A DNA stretch of 48,730 bases, the filler included, from Catajapyx aquilonaris (Eukaryota), in NCBI GenBank assembly GCA_000934665.2. It is 2 parts of 2 records of this genome, joined end to end, with 100 filler letters (N's around TTAATTAATTAA, not from the genome) between each part and the next. Parts side by side here need not be neighbours in the genome. Positions count along the whole stretch, not along the records: positions 24,414 to 48,730 come from KZ539375.1; 1 more part is not named here. One strand, written 5' to 3'. Shown here piece by piece: positions 47,817-48,730 of the stretch (within the stretch, counting starts at the first letter, position 1; the number at the start of each line of letters is the position of its first letter). The notes beneath the pieces are model-generated. The model saw only the letters and a list, made by a program, of their open reading frames with translations, was not told the origin of the DNA and searched no databases. A program made the position numbers and the translations under genes.

Positions 47817-48382
47817 TCATGAATGGCTTGCAAGGATGTTAAAAAAGTGGTACACTTCTTCTTTGTCCCGCACTGCAACCTGAGTTTTACATGTTGTGCA
47901 CCTGACAGGATGGTATACATCCGTATCTGATGCTGACTTGTCTTCATCTGGTTTTTTACTTCGCTGCTTCTTTTTTGGCTCACTGGCATACTCAAGGCGT
48001 TCTTCCTCATTTGTGGTGCAATTGAACACAAACATAGCACGATACTGTGTGCTGTACTTTACATGTCGCTGACAGTCCATACAAAGGAGTGTGAAACATG
48101 CAGGACAGTTCAACACTGCATCACTGTTAGGAAGCTTGGCTGGACAGAGTCCTGTTTTTCCAACCATCTTGGATCTCTTGCGGTCCATCCACTTCTGATC
48201 TTTGTCATCACTGGTTGGGTCATACAGTAACTCATCATTGGTGAGGACACGACGGTCTGGCTTTGATTCATCATCCGAGTCAGAATCAAAGTAGACTTTG
48301 TCATACATCTTTTCCTGAGGTGGTGCCTGACCGGATGGACCTGCTTGCGGTTGCGATTCGCCCAGTCCCTTCAGTGCAACCC
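47817..48382 (-). CDS. EAPP: E2F-associated phosphoprotein, terminal coding exon; upstream exons not identified
   Basis: YFDSDSDDE, NDELLYDP..DDKDQKW, SDAVLNCPACFTLLCMDCQRH..Y.TQYRAMFV.NC and YHPV.C..C.T.VAV.DKEEVYHFFNILASH. Acceptor TCTTTATTCGTAG at 48383. Confidence 0.9.
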
Positions 48383-48730
48383 CTACGAATAAAGATTGTT
48401 CAAGTTGTAATAGTTTAGTCCCAATATTTGTACTGACCTTGTGATGAATGTTGTTCATGAATTCTCTCAAGACGGCCAATTGGTAGACTATTGGCTGGCA
48501 CATAACAATCATCACATGATGTCAAGATTTTAATAAAACGCCTTTTAACATGTACCAACCAGATCAGTGGCTTATATCAAAACAGATACTAAGGTAGATG
48601 CTCCAGTGATGGACCCGTTAAGGAAAAAAATTTACGTTGGACACTCTATGCAGGGGAATTAGCGTAAGACATCCTCGAAAAAAATATCGTTAGAATCGTC
48701 GAAACTTGCTCTTTCATCCAGTGCACATTT

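Noticed and set aside
48383..48515. N-terminal extension of the EAPP ORF in the track
   Set aside because: Lies upstream of a good acceptor, lacks EAPP-like motifs and is probably intron.

Overview
Eukaryotic genomic DNA, most likely from an arthropod (hexapod-like), intron-containing and very repeat-rich. Five protein-coding genes are supportable. On the + strand: a small J-domain protein (1347-1688), a two-exon orphan (3949-6231), a BTB/POZ protein with three 78-aa tandem repeats (15176-16639) and a four-exon, 883-aa Piwi/Aubergine-clade Argonaute (36429-40067). On the - strand: the last exon of EAPP (47817-48382). The Piwi ORF is intact and keeps its RG motifs, PAZ domain and MID pocket, but both catalytic Asp residues are substituted (GFD->GFN, YRDG->YRGG), so it is predicted to be slicer-dead. 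It is preceded by a frameshifted tandem duplicate of its own 5' end and a near-perfect 139-nt hairpin. The rest is a mosaic of four tRNA-derived SINE families, an RTE-like LINE fragment, Ty3/gypsy remnants, Tc1/mariner, hAT, Harbinger and Helitron-like non-autonomous elements, and many long inverted repeats. All calls are by eye; no database search was run.
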